A stretch of DNA of 64,000 nt. Source: a bacterium. GTDB lineage: Bacteria; UBA10199; 2-02-FULL-50-16; JAJFLM01. Shown piece by piece: positions 22,881 to 32,916 of the stretch. A program made the position numbers and the translations under genes. The notes under the pieces are model-generated. The model made no database searches, had not been told where the DNA came from, and saw nothing but the letters and a program-made list of their open reading frames with translations. Each line of letters starts with the position of its first letter. The stretch's first letter is position 1. The stretch is from NCBI GenBank assembly GCA_965216315.1, contig CBDCFN010000016.1, positions 832,001-896,000 on the forward strand, written 5' to 3'.

Positions 22881-23443
22881 AGGGTCTCAATGTGGCGTTT
22901 TTCGGTTATCACTTGGGCGCAGGGGACGTCATGTGGTTCGATCGGCAACTGGTCGACAATTTGAAAGTCATACGCAAGGCCGCAACTTCGGTGAGTCACA
23001 CCTGCTAATACGCGATCGTAGCCCCCATATCCATAGCCGAGGCGATACCCTTGCTTGTCAAAGGAGACTCCTGGAATCAGGATGAAGTCGAGTTCCTGAA
23101 CCGAAATCTCCGTGTCAGGATCAGGTTGCGGTTCACGTGTTCCCCAATTCTTTTTTTCTAATTGGGTGATATCGGTTGCTTTAAAAAAGCGAATGGCCAA
23201 TTGATCCGGATCCCAATGCGGAAAAAAGACTTCCTTGCCTGACTTCATGGACAGTCGAATGATTTTGTTGGTTCGAACTTCGTTGCGGATGCCATCATAG
23301 ACGGCAATTTTGCTGCTGTTCTTGAATTGATTCGATTCCAGCACGGCTTCTTGAATAAAATGGCTTAGGTTTCGAACCGTAGCGGCGTCAAGAGAAGTAC
23401 GTTTTTTCAGGATCTGCTGTCGAATAGAGTCTTTATCTGCCAT
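22877..23443 (-). CDS. 5-formyltetrahydrofolate cyclo-ligase
   Basis: IPGVSFD..GYRLGYGYGGYDR, EPHDVP; directly downstream of 6S RNA. Start trimmed to ATG 23443. Confidence 0.92.
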   Translation of the reverse strand: MADKDSIRQQILKKRTSLDAATVRNLSHFIQEAVLESNQFKNSSKIAVYDGIRNEVRTNKIIRLSMKSGKEVFFPHWDPDQLAIRFFKATDITQLEKKNWGTREPQPDPDTEISVQELDFILIPGVSFDKQGYRLGYGYGGYDRVLAGVTHRSCGLAYDFQIVDQLPIEPHDVPCAQVITEKRHIETL

Positions 23444-23458
23444 GCCTAAAAATGCGTA

Positions 23459-23643
23459 ATCCCCTGCCAATATGCCGTGTGGGAGGCGTCTTTAGAACCC
23501 CGTTTATCTAGGTGGAAATTTCATTACTGCTTTAGGCGTCCCGGAACGAAGTGCCGGGCAGGCACACCACAGTAAGCGGAAACTCCCGGGGTCTATGATA
23601 GGTCCTTAAAGCTAGCCACCAACTCACGAACACGGAAGGGGAT
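23459..23643 (-). ncRNA. ssrS: 6S RNA
   Basis: About 185 nt between zapA and the cyclo-ligase gene (the canonical site). 5' ATCCCCTTCCGTGTTCGTG pairs with 3' CACGGCATATTGGCAGGGGAT, giving a long rod-like fold. Confidence 0.88.
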
Positions 23644-23712
23644 CCGCGAAAGTCATACTAAATATTAAAAGATCTATAGTTGATAAAACGACCACAGGGC
23701 CCAAATGTCAAC

Positions 23713-23991
23713 CTAAAGCTGTAAGTCTACGATCTCCAAAAGGTCTTGAAGTTTCTTTTCGGCAAGCAGCTTTTTGTCCTCATTTTTGTTCTGTTGGCTG
23801 ATCAATTCATCGGCAATATTCATGCAGGCCAAAAGGGCGACGTTGAGGGAGGAGGCTGATTTCGCTTGGGTTTGAATTTCTCGGATCTTTTTGTTTACCA
23901 GGCTAGCGACCTGATTCACGTGCTTTTCCGTCGCATCGGTTTCGATGGAAAAGGTCTGATTCATTATCGATACTTGGAGTGCACTCTTCAT
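23713..23991 (-). CDS. zapA: Cell division protein ZapA
   Basis: 92 aa, VASLVNKKI..VALLACMNIADEL; upstream of 6S RNA. Confidence 0.88.
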   Translation of the reverse strand: MKSALQVSIMNQTFSIETDATEKHVNQVASLVNKKIREIQTQAKSASSLNVALLACMNIADELISQQNKNEDKKLLAEKKLQDLLEIVDLQL

Positions 23992-24091
23992 GTGATGTGG
24001 AAGCTATCAAAGGTCATTTAGGCGAAAATGGCAAGTCGATTAAGCAGGGCCTGAAGAGAGGTAGGGTAAGTCCCTGTCTTAAAAAGATATT

Positions 24092-25861
24092 TCAGCTATC
24101 ATCGGGGGGAGGTGCCATCTCAAGGTCAATCCAGCGCTTCTCCAAATCGACGCTGGCAATACGCACGTCGAGGGTATCCCCAATGCGGTAGTGCTTTTTC
24201 CGTCGCTTGCCGATCAGCGTGTGGGTTTCCTCGATAAAATGGTAATAATCATCATCCAGCTTGCGGATATGAAGCAGGCCCTCCACGAAAAAAGGAACGA
24301 GTTCTACGTAAAGGCCGAAGCGGGTGACTCCCGAAACGACGCCCGGGCAGCAGGTACCGATTCGGTCCGTCATGAAGGCGGCCTGCATCAGGCTGCGGAC
24401 GGCCCATTCGGCCTGCATGGCAATGCGTTCTCGCAAGGAGCATTGCTCAGCCATTTGATCGAGCCGTCTCAGGTTGGTTTTGCCGTCTTTTTTCTGCTCA
24501 AGCAGGGCCCCGAGCGTCCGATGCACCATGAGATCGGGATAACGCCGGATGGGCGACGTGAAGTGGGTGTAGCAGGTTGAGGCGAGGCCAAAGTGCCCCC
24601 TGTTCTCAATGCTGTAGATAGCCTTGGCGAGCGAACGCAGTAACAACGTGTTGATCATGCGGCTCTCGGGGCGGTCAGCCGCCTTTGCAATGATTTGCGC
24701 CAATGCTTTCGGTTCCAGCCGCTTTTTAGGGATTTTGAGGGCATAGCCAATATTGTGCAGCGTTGCTTGCAGCTCTTTGATGTTGTCGCGGCTGGGCTCT
24801 TCGTGGATACGGTAGATCATGGCGGATTCTTGTTCGGTAATGAAAGTAGCGACGGCTTCATTGGCCGCGATCATGAATTCCTCGATCATCATATGGGCTT
24901 CGGTTCGCTTGGACTTGACGATAGAATCAATGGTGCCTTCTTCAAGATTCATAATGATAACGGGTTCCGGCAGGTCAAAATCCAGGCTGCCTCGATCGAG
25001 GCGGCATTTGCGGAGCCGCTTGAACAGCGTATGCATAAGTTCCAGGTGAGGCAGTATGTGTCGAAGCTTGTGTCGTGTCGCTTCGTCTTTGTCTACCAGC
25101 GCACTTGCAACTTCGGTGTAAGTGAGTCGATGGTGATTGCGGATAATGCTCCGATAAAAATCTGTGTGAAGGATCTTTCCGGTGCGATCAAAGTCTATTT
25201 CGGCCGTAAAAGTCAGTCTATCTTTGTGCGGCACGAGAGAACAAATATCGTTTGATAATTTTTCCGGTAACATCGGGAGGACGCGCTCAGGAAAATAAAC
25301 GCTTGTGCCGCGTCCATAGGCCTCTTTGTCAATGCGGCTTCCGGGGGCGACATAGTAGCTTACATCCGCGATGGAGACGCGGAGACGGATGCGATTCTGA
25401 CCGATATCCTCGACAGCAATGGCATCATCAAAATCTTTGGCCGTTTCCCCATCTATGGTTACGGTGATTTGACTGCGTAAATCCGTACGTCGTTGGATTT
25501 CTTCTTTGTCAATGGAATCGGATATTTCGGCGGCTTCGGCCAACACGGCTTCAGGGAATTTTTTTGGCAGCTGAAACTCTTCTATGATTGAATCCATGTG
25601 CTCTGCGAGAACTTCTGCGATATCGTCAGTCTTTTGTTCGATCTGATCGGTTTGTTCTCTTTTCTCAGTAGGGTAAGCGAAGCGTTTGCCTCGATGGGTT
25701 GCGATCAAAGTCCCTTGTTTGACAAGTGTCTTAAGATGGAGGCGTAGTTTTCTTTTTTCCGGGAGTGGAACTTTCAGAAAGCGCGCCAGTTCTGATACGG
25801 TAAAAAAGGTGTCGGGATGTGCTTGAAGCCATGAAAGGGCACGGTCATGCTGTGAAGCCAT
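24092..25861 (-). CDS. rnr: Ribonuclease R-like exoribonuclease (short form)
   Basis: TIDGETAKDFDDA, YTHFTSPIRRYPDL, C-terminal S1 domain, N-terminal HTH-like region. Confidence 0.9.
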   Translation of the reverse strand: MASQHDRALSWLQAHPDTFFTVSELARFLKVPLPEKRKLRLHLKTLVKQGTLIATHRGKRFAYPTEKREQTDQIEQKTDDIAEVLAEHMDSIIEEFQLPKKFPEAVLAEAAEISDSIDKEEIQRRTDLRSQITVTIDGETAKDFDDAIAVEDIGQNRIRLRVSIADVSYYVAPGSRIDKEAYGRGTSVYFPERVLPMLPEKLSNDICSLVPHKDRLTFTAEIDFDRTGKILHTDFYRSIIRNHHRLTYTEVASALVDKDEATRHKLRHILPHLELMHTLFKRLRKCRLDRGSLDFDLPEPVIIMNLEEGTIDSIVKSKRTEAHMMIEEFMIAANEAVATFITEQESAMIYRIHEEPSRDNIKELQATLHNIGYALKIPKKRLEPKALAQIIAKAADRPESRMINTLLLRSLAKAIYSIENRGHFGLASTCYTHFTSPIRRYPDLMVHRTLGALLEQKKDGKTNLRRLDQMAEQCSLRERIAMQAEWAVRSLMQAAFMTDRIGTCCPGVVSGVTRFGLYVELVPFFVEGLLHIRKLDDDYYHFIEETHTLIGKRRKKHYRIGDTLDVRIASVDLEKRWIDLEMAPPPDDS

Positions 25862-25871
25862 AATAGTTGCC

Positions 25872-27332
25872 TTACCAATGCAAAAGACGACGCCACTGGC
25901 TTCGTGACGTGGTCATTACAAAATAGAGGATTAAACTAGGTATTCCCGCGCTGAAAATCACCAGCACAGGACTAAGATCGCGCATGATGTTTTTCAGTAA
26001 GTAAATAGCGATTCCGCTGGCAATACCAGCAAAGATAATTTGAACTGTATGGGCTGTCATGAAGTCTTTACTGTGGAGGCGGAATGTTTGAATGATTGAA
26101 ATAATCATGATCAATGAATATCCACTGCTGATGCTCACGGCAGCACCAAAGACGCCGTAAGCAGGAACAACAATGATTCCAGTGATTGTGACGGCTGCTA
26201 AGATGAGCAGCTCAGCCAATAGGAAAAACCGTGATCGTTGAGTTGTGACGAGAAAGAACATCAGGACAGAAAACGTCGAATACATGAATTGCCCGATCAA
26301 AAGAGCCAGGAAAGTATTATAGGACAGCAGTGAAGCATCCTTGCCGATCATCAGCATAATTTCAGGGCCGAAGGCGCCGAGAAAGAGGGCGAAGGCGATG
26401 TTGAGGAGCAATAGCTTTTCCATGGCAAAGCGCATTTGGCCCCACATTTCGCCTTTATCGTTGCGCAAGTAGGACTCCGAGGTGACTGGCACAAAGATGG
26501 GGCCGAAGGCATTTTTAGTCTGCGTGATGACGCGAGCAATTTGTTTGGCAAAGCCGTAAACGCCGACGACTTTCATCTGAGTTGGAGTTCCTGTTCCCAG
26601 GAAGAAAGTAACCAGAAAAATATCAATTCGGTAGAGCGTCGCATCTACAACTTCGATGATGTACATCGGTAGTGCATAACGAATGATCGCAAAGTAACGT
26701 CCCGGGCGGCGCCAGGTACGGAAAACTTCACGCCAGGAGAAAAACTTGCGAAATGTGAAGGCGCTCAGGATTACGACAATGAGCAGAGCCACGCCTTGGG
26801 CGAGGATGACTCCATAGGGCTTAAGCGGCGTTTTCCAGAATACAAAGAGCAATAGCAGCATCGCCGTCGGTTCAATGGCACTTCGGATGATGGCGTGGTA
26901 TTTCATCTCCTTGAGGCCCATGGTGGCCTGGATCAGCAGGACGCCAACATTATATAGGGGGATGATAGGTGCCAGGATGTACAAGCTGTTTCGAATCAGT
27001 GGCGTGTCGACAAAAATATAAGTGTAGAGGATGAGAGCGACGGCTCCTAGAGTTGAGACGGTGAGGCAGGCCTTTAAGCTGGAGGCGATCTTTTGATAGA
27101 GCTTTCGTGTTTCACCCGTATTTTTAAAATGAGCGAGCTCAAAGAGCATGCCGTGTTCGAGGCCGAGCATGCCATAGCGGTTTAGAAGTTCGGCAGAGGC
27201 CCAGGCGACCGTATAAACTCCGAATAATTCAGTCCCATAAAGTAGTGCGGCGACAACGAAGAAACCGGTGCGGCTAAAACGGAAGACGTTACCAATGATA
27301 TTAATTTTAATACCGCGAATCAGTTCCTGCAT
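25872..27332 (-). CDS. MOP-superfamily (Wzx-like) flippase / polysaccharide exporter
   Basis: 486 aa with many TM segments; YGTELFGVY, RIDIFL, VGVYGFA, YGVFGAAVS pattern. Confidence 0.7.
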   Translation of the reverse strand: MQELIRGIKINIIGNVFRFSRTGFFVVAALLYGTELFGVYTVAWASAELLNRYGMLGLEHGMLFELAHFKNTGETRKLYQKIASSLKACLTVSTLGAVALILYTYIFVDTPLIRNSLYILAPIIPLYNVGVLLIQATMGLKEMKYHAIIRSAIEPTAMLLLLFVFWKTPLKPYGVILAQGVALLIVVILSAFTFRKFFSWREVFRTWRRPGRYFAIIRYALPMYIIEVVDATLYRIDIFLVTFFLGTGTPTQMKVVGVYGFAKQIARVITQTKNAFGPIFVPVTSESYLRNDKGEMWGQMRFAMEKLLLLNIAFALFLGAFGPEIMLMIGKDASLLSYNTFLALLIGQFMYSTFSVLMFFLVTTQRSRFFLLAELLILAAVTITGIIVVPAYGVFGAAVSISSGYSLIMIISIIQTFRLHSKDFMTAHTVQIIFAGIASGIAIYLLKNIMRDLSPVLVIFSAGIPSLILYFVMTTSRSQWRRLLHW

Positions 27333-27345
27333 GTGGGGTCAGTTC

Positions 27346-29283
27346 TTAGGCCTTAGGAGGGGTGACGTCAAGGATGGGCAGATAGACCTCAAAAATTGTC
27401 TTGCCCGGTCGACTATCGACACGAACAAAGCCACCTCGTTGGCTGACCAAATGGCGCAAATTGGTTAGGCCGAGGCCTAAGTGGCCGGTCGCCGCTGTAA
27501 ACGAGTAGCGTGGCTTGGTGGTATAAAAAGGGTCGAAAAGGAGATGCCATTGGTCGCGGGGTATTCCGGGGCCGCTATCTTGGACGACAAACTTAACATA
27601 TTCGCCGGGCTGAGCCGCTGAAAAGCTCAAGTTTACTTCCAGCGAAGCGAGCGAATCCGTTGTAATCGTCCGCCGTGAGGTCCGGACCCAGATGCGGCCG
27701 CGATCACCTTCTGGGATGGCTTCGTAGGCATTTTCCAGCATGATGAAGTAAAGCTGCTGAATTTCCTCGACAGGTCCCCTGATTGGAATGGGATTGTCAT
27801 CCAGCTCAAAGGTAAGATCTGCGGCGTATCGGATGCGCTGGGGAACGGCCTCCGGGGTAAGGAGGTCATGTAGATTAAGGGGCGTGCCATCGGTCGATCC
27901 GTCTGTCAGGCCCGGGAGCCTGTTGAAGACTGTCTGAATTTGTTCAAGTTCATGTTTGAGCTCTTCGAGGGTAGTGATTTCAAGTTGTGGCGTGCGCCTC
28001 TCCCCTTGACGTCCCAAGGTGTTTATCTTGTGTTGTAAATCCTCAATGATTTCTAGTAGTGCCCGGCTGACTTGATGCTCGTGGTCGCGAATGACACTTA
28101 AGAAGGATTGGGCGCGATGAACTTGTAATAACTGTTTCTCAGTTTGAACGCGTATGCCCGCATTTGTATAAACGACCATGGCGTATTGTTTGTCTCCGGC
28201 CAAGCTGGGATGAGCCTGAATATCAACTTGGACAGTGCTACCATCTTTGCATATCATTTCTGCACCTCTCCAGTGAAACATGCCGGTGTTAACGAACGCG
28301 TCGATATGCTCCTTTAATTTAGGGCGAGTGGCTTCAGGGAAAAATGTTTCAAGAGGACTCTGAATCATCTCGTCATGCGTGTACCCTAAGAGGCGCTCAA
28401 GTGATTGGCTGCTCAGGATGGCGCGAGGGATCAGTTCGTAATCGGCTGTTTCATCAAGCACGAAGATAGATAGCGGTTGGAAGGAATTCTTGAGTAGCTC
28501 TTGGTAGCGTTGAATTTCTGCAAGGGCGCGTTGTCTTTCCGTTTGATCAAATAGGACATAATAGCCGATGCGTCGCCCTTCACGTCCGAATGGAAGGGTG
28601 GCGACGTGGATGTCGGCCCATAAATAGCTGCCGTCTTCTTTAAGGAGACGGACATTTTCAATGAAGCCGACGCCGTTCGCAACAACTCCCATGATGAATT
28701 CACCAAAACGGGCAAGGTCTGTCGGATGCACGTTCTTGGAGATGGTTTCCATCGACGTCAGATAGCCGGCTTCAAAGCCGGATGTACTGTCGTTGGCCGG
28801 ATTCGTTTCGATTAAGCGAACCATGTCATCGGGTGTTGCGGCCGCTGGGTTTAATTCAAATACACCCATGGGATGAGGAAAAGGCTTGATGACATCTGAC
28901 AGTAAAGAGACGATTTTTTCATATTCGGGATCTGCTGTGCTTTGTTGCGTTGCGTTTCCCCAGCGCCGTTGAAGCAAGCTGTAAAGACGTTTTGTTTCGT
29001 CATCGGCTTGTTCGATGCGGGGTGCTAAGCCGTTGACGACCTGACGCAGAGCCGTCTCAAAACTTACGGTATCATTGTAGGTATCGACGCCGGCATGATT
29101 TTCAACAAGAACATGAATGGGTTGGACGATCGGTGCGAGCACCGCGTCTTGATTCGCGAGTTGAATCGGGTGAGCGAGTCCCCGCAGGAGAACCCCCGCT
29201 GAGGTACCGAGAGTCAAACTCGCATCTGTTACCACGAGTTGTTGGATGACTCCATTGATGATTGGAATATTTGGTACGACCAC
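27346..29283 (-). CDS. PAS-domain histidine-kinase-like protein
   Basis: Two PAS/PAC-like segments (KEDGSYLW, CKDGSTVQV); N box ENAYEA, G1 DSGPGI, F box FDPFYTTK, G2 LGLGL; atypical H box. Start moved to GTG 29283 because the upstream 26 codons contain the promoter motif. Confidence 0.75.
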   Translation of the reverse strand: MVVPNIPIINGVIQQLVVTDASLTLGTSAGVLLRGLAHPIQLANQDAVLAPIVQPIHVLVENHAGVDTYNDTVSFETALRQVVNGLAPRIEQADDETKRLYSLLQRRWGNATQQSTADPEYEKIVSLLSDVIKPFPHPMGVFELNPAAATPDDMVRLIETNPANDSTSGFEAGYLTSMETISKNVHPTDLARFGEFIMGVVANGVGFIENVRLLKEDGSYLWADIHVATLPFGREGRRIGYYVLFDQTERQRALAEIQRYQELLKNSFQPLSIFVLDETADYELIPRAILSSQSLERLLGYTHDEMIQSPLETFFPEATRPKLKEHIDAFVNTGMFHWRGAEMICKDGSTVQVDIQAHPSLAGDKQYAMVVYTNAGIRVQTEKQLLQVHRAQSFLSVIRDHEHQVSRALLEIIEDLQHKINTLGRQGERRTPQLEITTLEELKHELEQIQTVFNRLPGLTDGSTDGTPLNLHDLLTPEAVPQRIRYAADLTFELDDNPIPIRGPVEEIQQLYFIMLENAYEAIPEGDRGRIWVRTSRRTITTDSLASLEVNLSFSAAQPGEYVKFVVQDSGPGIPRDQWHLLFDPFYTTKPRYSFTAATGHLGLGLTNLRHLVSQRGGFVRVDSRPGKTIFEVYLPILDVTPPKA

Positions 29284-29304
29284 ACCCGACCCCTTGCGAG
29301 AGGG

Positions 29305-29330
29305 GCATCGGATAGTTGCCAAAAAGGTTG
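29305..29330 (-). promoter_or_regulatory. Putative alternative-sigma promoter, copy 3
   Basis: Minus strand reads CAACC-N13-TCCGATGC, 21 nt upstream of GTG 29283. Confidence 0.55.
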
Positions 29331-29445
29331 TGGGTTTTATGCCAACGAGGGCTTGTTCCATAACTAATTGATCTAAAATGTGTTTTTGGCCATGTCGGGG
29401 TGATCGTTCTTGCCATCAGCTCGATGCTGTGCTTGGATGCGGCTC

Positions 29446-30177
29446 ATGAAAGCGTCTCGATTGATTGTTAGTTTTGTCATTCTGGCTTTATTCGGAATTT
29501 CTCCAGCGAGTGCCGGTTGGGACTGGGGGAAGCTGAAAGATGTGGCTGAAGAAGCGATTCGGGGGAAAGGATCGCTCAGTAATCAGGAAGTCATTCGTGG
29601 GCTGAAACAAGCCCTGGAAATAGGAACGAAAAATAGCACCAGCCGCGCCTCTCGGATCAATGGATACTATAAAAATCCGCGGATTCGAATCCCGTTTCCG
29701 CCGAGTGCACAAAAGGTCAAAAAGACGGCTGAGACGCTGGGGATGAAAAGTCAGGTTGATAAGTTTGTGATGACTTTAAATCGCGCGGCGGAAGAAGCGG
29801 CTAAGCAGGCGGCACCGATTTTCATCAATGCGATCAAATCAATGACAATTGAAGATGGCTTTCAGATCTTAAATGGTGGCAATAACGCCGCCACTCAATT
29901 TCTTAAGCGCAAGACCTCACGCCCTTTGTACAACAAATTTCAGCCGGTTGTAAAAAGTGCTATTAACCGGGTGGGTGTGACCAAGTATTGGAATCCGCTG
30001 GCGTCCCGTTATAATCAACTGCCCATGGTCACCAAGGTCAATCCTGATCTCGATCGTTATGTGACCGAGCGTGCGCTGAAAGGACTATTCACTTTGATTG
30101 CCGCCGAAGAATTAAAGATACGCAAGGACCCGGCAGCACGAGTGACGGACTTGTTAAGGCGTGTGTTTGGCAGTTAA
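29446..30177 (+). CDS. DUF4197-family exported protein
   Basis: Signal peptide; GLKQALEIG, LNRAAEEA, AATQFL, EELKIRKDPAAR..LLRRVFG. Confidence 0.85.
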   Translation: MKASRLIVSFVILALFGISPASAGWDWGKLKDVAEEAIRGKGSLSNQEVIRGLKQALEIGTKNSTSRASRINGYYKNPRIRIPFPPSAQKVKKTAETLGMKSQVDKFVMTLNRAAEEAAKQAAPIFINAIKSMTIEDGFQILNGGNNAATQFLKRKTSRPLYNKFQPVVKSAINRVGVTKYWNPLASRYNQLPMVTKVNPDLDRYVTERALKGLFTLIAAEELKIRKDPAARVTDLLRRVFGS

Positions 30178-30890
30178 GGCCTGCATTTTACCGAAAAATC
30201 AACGTGATAGTGTTCATCATGTCGAACCCATGAGCGGCGCTTAGAAAAGCGGAGCTTATTTCTTAGTAAACCTCCATATTTGGTTGCAAATAAATAGGGT
30301 TGCAGCTGGGGATCAAAGATAACCCGTCGAATGCCGATGCCATTTTTCTGTGCCGATTGATGCAAAGCCAATAAGTGAGCGCCGATGGCTTCAAAATCAA
30401 TACGGTATTTTTTGAACTGTCCGGCGGCATCAAATTCAATTGCATAACCCAACTTATTAATGAGGCTAGTGGGCAAGGGCACGGATTGATTTTTTTGATT
30501 GATGACGGGCACCATAAAGTCAACCGATAAGCCGTTTTGATGAGTCTTGTGCGGCTTAAAAGGCCCACCATGTTCAAAGCCGGTTTCGCCATACATATAG
30601 ACTGTATCAGGTCTTTGTTCGCTGAGCGCTTGGTAAGCCGAGGTGATAACCTGATAGACGGAGCTATGCACGTAGGTGCGCTGCAACCAGCCGCCGATCT
30701 GGCTGTAAGCGACAAAGTTTTCTCCCTGGGCCGGCAGTTGCCAGCCGTGTTCCAGGCGACCCTCACGCGTGGTTCCGTAACAAACACTCTTGGGCCGGGG
30801 TTTAGAATTCGGTGCTGTGGCAGTTACTGGGATGGATACGAAGATGGACGTGATCAGCGCTATTTGTGTTAAAAATTGTTTCGTGTGCAT
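30174..30890 (-). CDS. Penicillin-insensitive murein endopeptidase (MepA-like)
   Basis: Signal peptide; GGPFKPHKTHQNGLSVDF and HDEHYHV zinc motifs. Confidence 0.8.
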   Translation of the reverse strand: MHTKQFLTQIALITSIFVSIPVTATAPNSKPRPKSVCYGTTREGRLEHGWQLPAQGENFVAYSQIGGWLQRTYVHSSVYQVITSAYQALSEQRPDTVYMYGETGFEHGGPFKPHKTHQNGLSVDFMVPVINQKNQSVPLPTSLINKLGYAIEFDAAGQFKKYRIDFEAIGAHLLALHQSAQKNGIGIRRVIFDPQLQPYLFATKYGGLLRNKLRFSKRRSWVRHDEHYHVDFSVKCRP

Positions 30891-31034
30891 CGCTAGGCAC
30901 GCTTTCTAACATCTTTGTTGCCAAGCGTCTCTGACTATTACGGTCCGCTGATTTCGTTTGGTCTCATTCTCGCGGTATAGTATGATCTCCCTCATGATTA
31001 GTTCTAACTACCTTGAATTATAGGAGATTTTATT

Positions 31035-32108
31035 ATGGCCCCTGCAGCGACCCCTCAAGATATGGAAACAACTATGAATTTTGCCTTTAAGGTCGTCGGT
31101 GATCTGGCGGCGGCCATGTCGGGGCCGTTGATTTATATCGGGGATCGCCTCGGGCTATTTAAGTTGATCGCTGAAGAGGGGCCTTTAACGGTCGACGAGC
31201 TGGCAAGTGAAAGCGGGTTGCAGCGCCGCTATCTCAAGGAGTGGCTCTCGGCGATGGTCGCGTCGGAATACGTGACCTATAAGCCGAGTAATAAGACCTT
31301 TTTTCTCACGAGTTCTCAGGCGATGGTGTTTGCTAATGAAGAGAGCCCGGTATTTGTCCAGGGCTTTGCTCAAATGATCCCGGACCATTACGGGAAAATT
31401 CCCGGGATTATGCGCGTGATGAAGGAGGGCGGCGGTATCCCGTATTCGGAATATAGTCATGACACCTTTGAAGGAACGGAACGTTTCTTTAAGCCGGGAT
31501 ATCTGAATTTTCTCGTCCAAGAATGGTTGCCGGCGACGGGTTATGAAGAACGACTCAAGGCCGGCATCAAGGTCGGTGATGTCGGTTGCGGACGAGGCTG
31601 GGCGATCATTACAATGGCTAAGGCCTATCCCAATTCGCAATTTGTTGGCTTTGATAATTATGGGCCCAATGTCGAAGCAGCACGCGCCAATGCAGAAGCA
31701 GCAGGTGTGTCGGCAAACGTCAGTTTTGAGGAATGCGATTCAACGGAACTGCCACAGACGGGCGATTTCACCCTCATGACGAACTTTGACAGTTTACATG
31801 ATATGACCGACCCGGAAGCGTGTGCGCGATCCGTTTATGGGACGCTCCAAGATGGAGGCGCGTGGATGGTCGTAGAACCTAATGTGCAGGATAACTTGGA
31901 AGATAACATTAATCCGTTGGCACGGGCCTTCTATTCCGTAAGCATGCTGCAATGCATGACCTGCTCATTAGCCAATGATGGTGCCGGCTACGGAGCTTGC
32001 ATGGGGCCCGCCAAGCTCAAGGAAATCGCTGAGCAGGCGACATTTAAGAGTCACGAGCGCTTACCGATTGATAACCCGTTCAATGCAATATCGTTGTCGA
32101 CTAAGTAG
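31035..32108 (+). CDS. Class I SAM-dependent methyltransferase with N-terminal winged helix
   Basis: IGDRLGLF..RYLKEWL N-domain; DVGCGRG SAM motif; DSLHDM; AGGAGA RBS. Confidence 0.85.
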   Translation: MAPAATPQDMETTMNFAFKVVGDLAAAMSGPLIYIGDRLGLFKLIAEEGPLTVDELASESGLQRRYLKEWLSAMVASEYVTYKPSNKTFFLTSSQAMVFANEESPVFVQGFAQMIPDHYGKIPGIMRVMKEGGGIPYSEYSHDTFEGTERFFKPGYLNFLVQEWLPATGYEERLKAGIKVGDVGCGRGWAIITMAKAYPNSQFVGFDNYGPNVEAARANAEAAGVSANVSFEECDSTELPQTGDFTLMTNFDSLHDMTDPEACARSVYGTLQDGGAWMVVEPNVQDNLEDNINPLARAFYSVSMLQCMTCSLANDGAGYGACMGPAKLKEIAEQATFKSHERLPIDNPFNAISLSTK

Positions 32109-32183
32109 AGCCGCGGGTAAGCCGTATTTATATCTTAATTTGTTTCCTAGACAGAGTTAGGGAGGCAGAGTAGCCTAGTCGGT

Positions 32184-32828
32184 ATGTCGCAAGCATCTGT
32201 TTCTGGCAAAGGTCAAGCCCTGACACGGCTCGAACAGAAGGCGCAGACACGGCGTACGCTCGTGCAAGCTGCCCTGCGTTTAAGCGGACAGGTTGGTTTT
32301 GCGGGTATCAGCTTGCGAGAGGTAACGCGTGAAGCCGGAGTAGCTCCCGCGACTTTTTATCGCCACTTTGCTGATATGGATGAGCTCGGTCTGGCTTTGA
32401 TCGATGAGGTCGGTCTTTCATTACGCCAGATGATGCGTCAGGCGCGGCAACGAATTGGACGGCAGGGGAGCTTGACTCAGACTTCAATCGACGTGTTCAT
32501 GGAGTTTCTCGATACCAACGGGAATTTGTTTCGTTTGCTGTTAGGGGAACGTTCGGGGAGCTCCGCGGCATTTCGGGCCGCACTTCGCGCTGAAATGAAT
32601 CGATTTATTCATGAGTTGAGTGAAGACCTTGAGCGGCAGGCTCAGGCCATGGAGCGCCCCCTTGTCGATCCGGAGCTGACGGCAGAGGCGATTGTCGCGG
32701 TCGTTTTCACGGTCGGGGCGGAGGCCCTCGATCTCTCGGAGCCGGGCCGTAAGCAACTAGCCGATCGCCTGGTCAAAGAAATTCGCATCATTCTGCGTGG
32801 TGCTGAATCTCTCGCTCGGGCTAAATAA
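32184..32828 (+). CDS. fabR: TetR-family regulator, FabR/DesT-like
   Basis: SLREVTREAGVAPATFYRHF..MDELGL..DEVGLSLRQMMRQARQR, FRLLLGERSG. Confidence 0.8.
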   Translation: MSQASVSGKGQALTRLEQKAQTRRTLVQAALRLSGQVGFAGISLREVTREAGVAPATFYRHFADMDELGLALIDEVGLSLRQMMRQARQRIGRQGSLTQTSIDVFMEFLDTNGNLFRLLLGERSGSSAAFRAALRAEMNRFIHELSEDLERQAQAMERPLVDPELTAEAIVAVVFTVGAEALDLSEPGRKQLADRLVKEIRIILRGAESLARAK

Positions 32829-32850
32829 ATTCCTATCACGATGGGGGATT

Positions 32851-32916
32851 GTTAAGGGGGAGAGAGATTTTCTCCCCCTTAACTAAAGCAGGCGGGAAGC
32901 TGCGCTTTTTGCCTGC
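32851..32916 (+). terminator. Tandem hairpins between convergent fabR and tRNA-Leu
   Basis: Perfect 13-bp stem GTTAAGGGGGAGA/TCTCCCCCTTAAC (32851-32883) and second stem GCAGGCGGGAAGC/GCTTTTTGCCTGC (32888-32916). Terminator function is inferred from position only. Confidence 0.45.
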
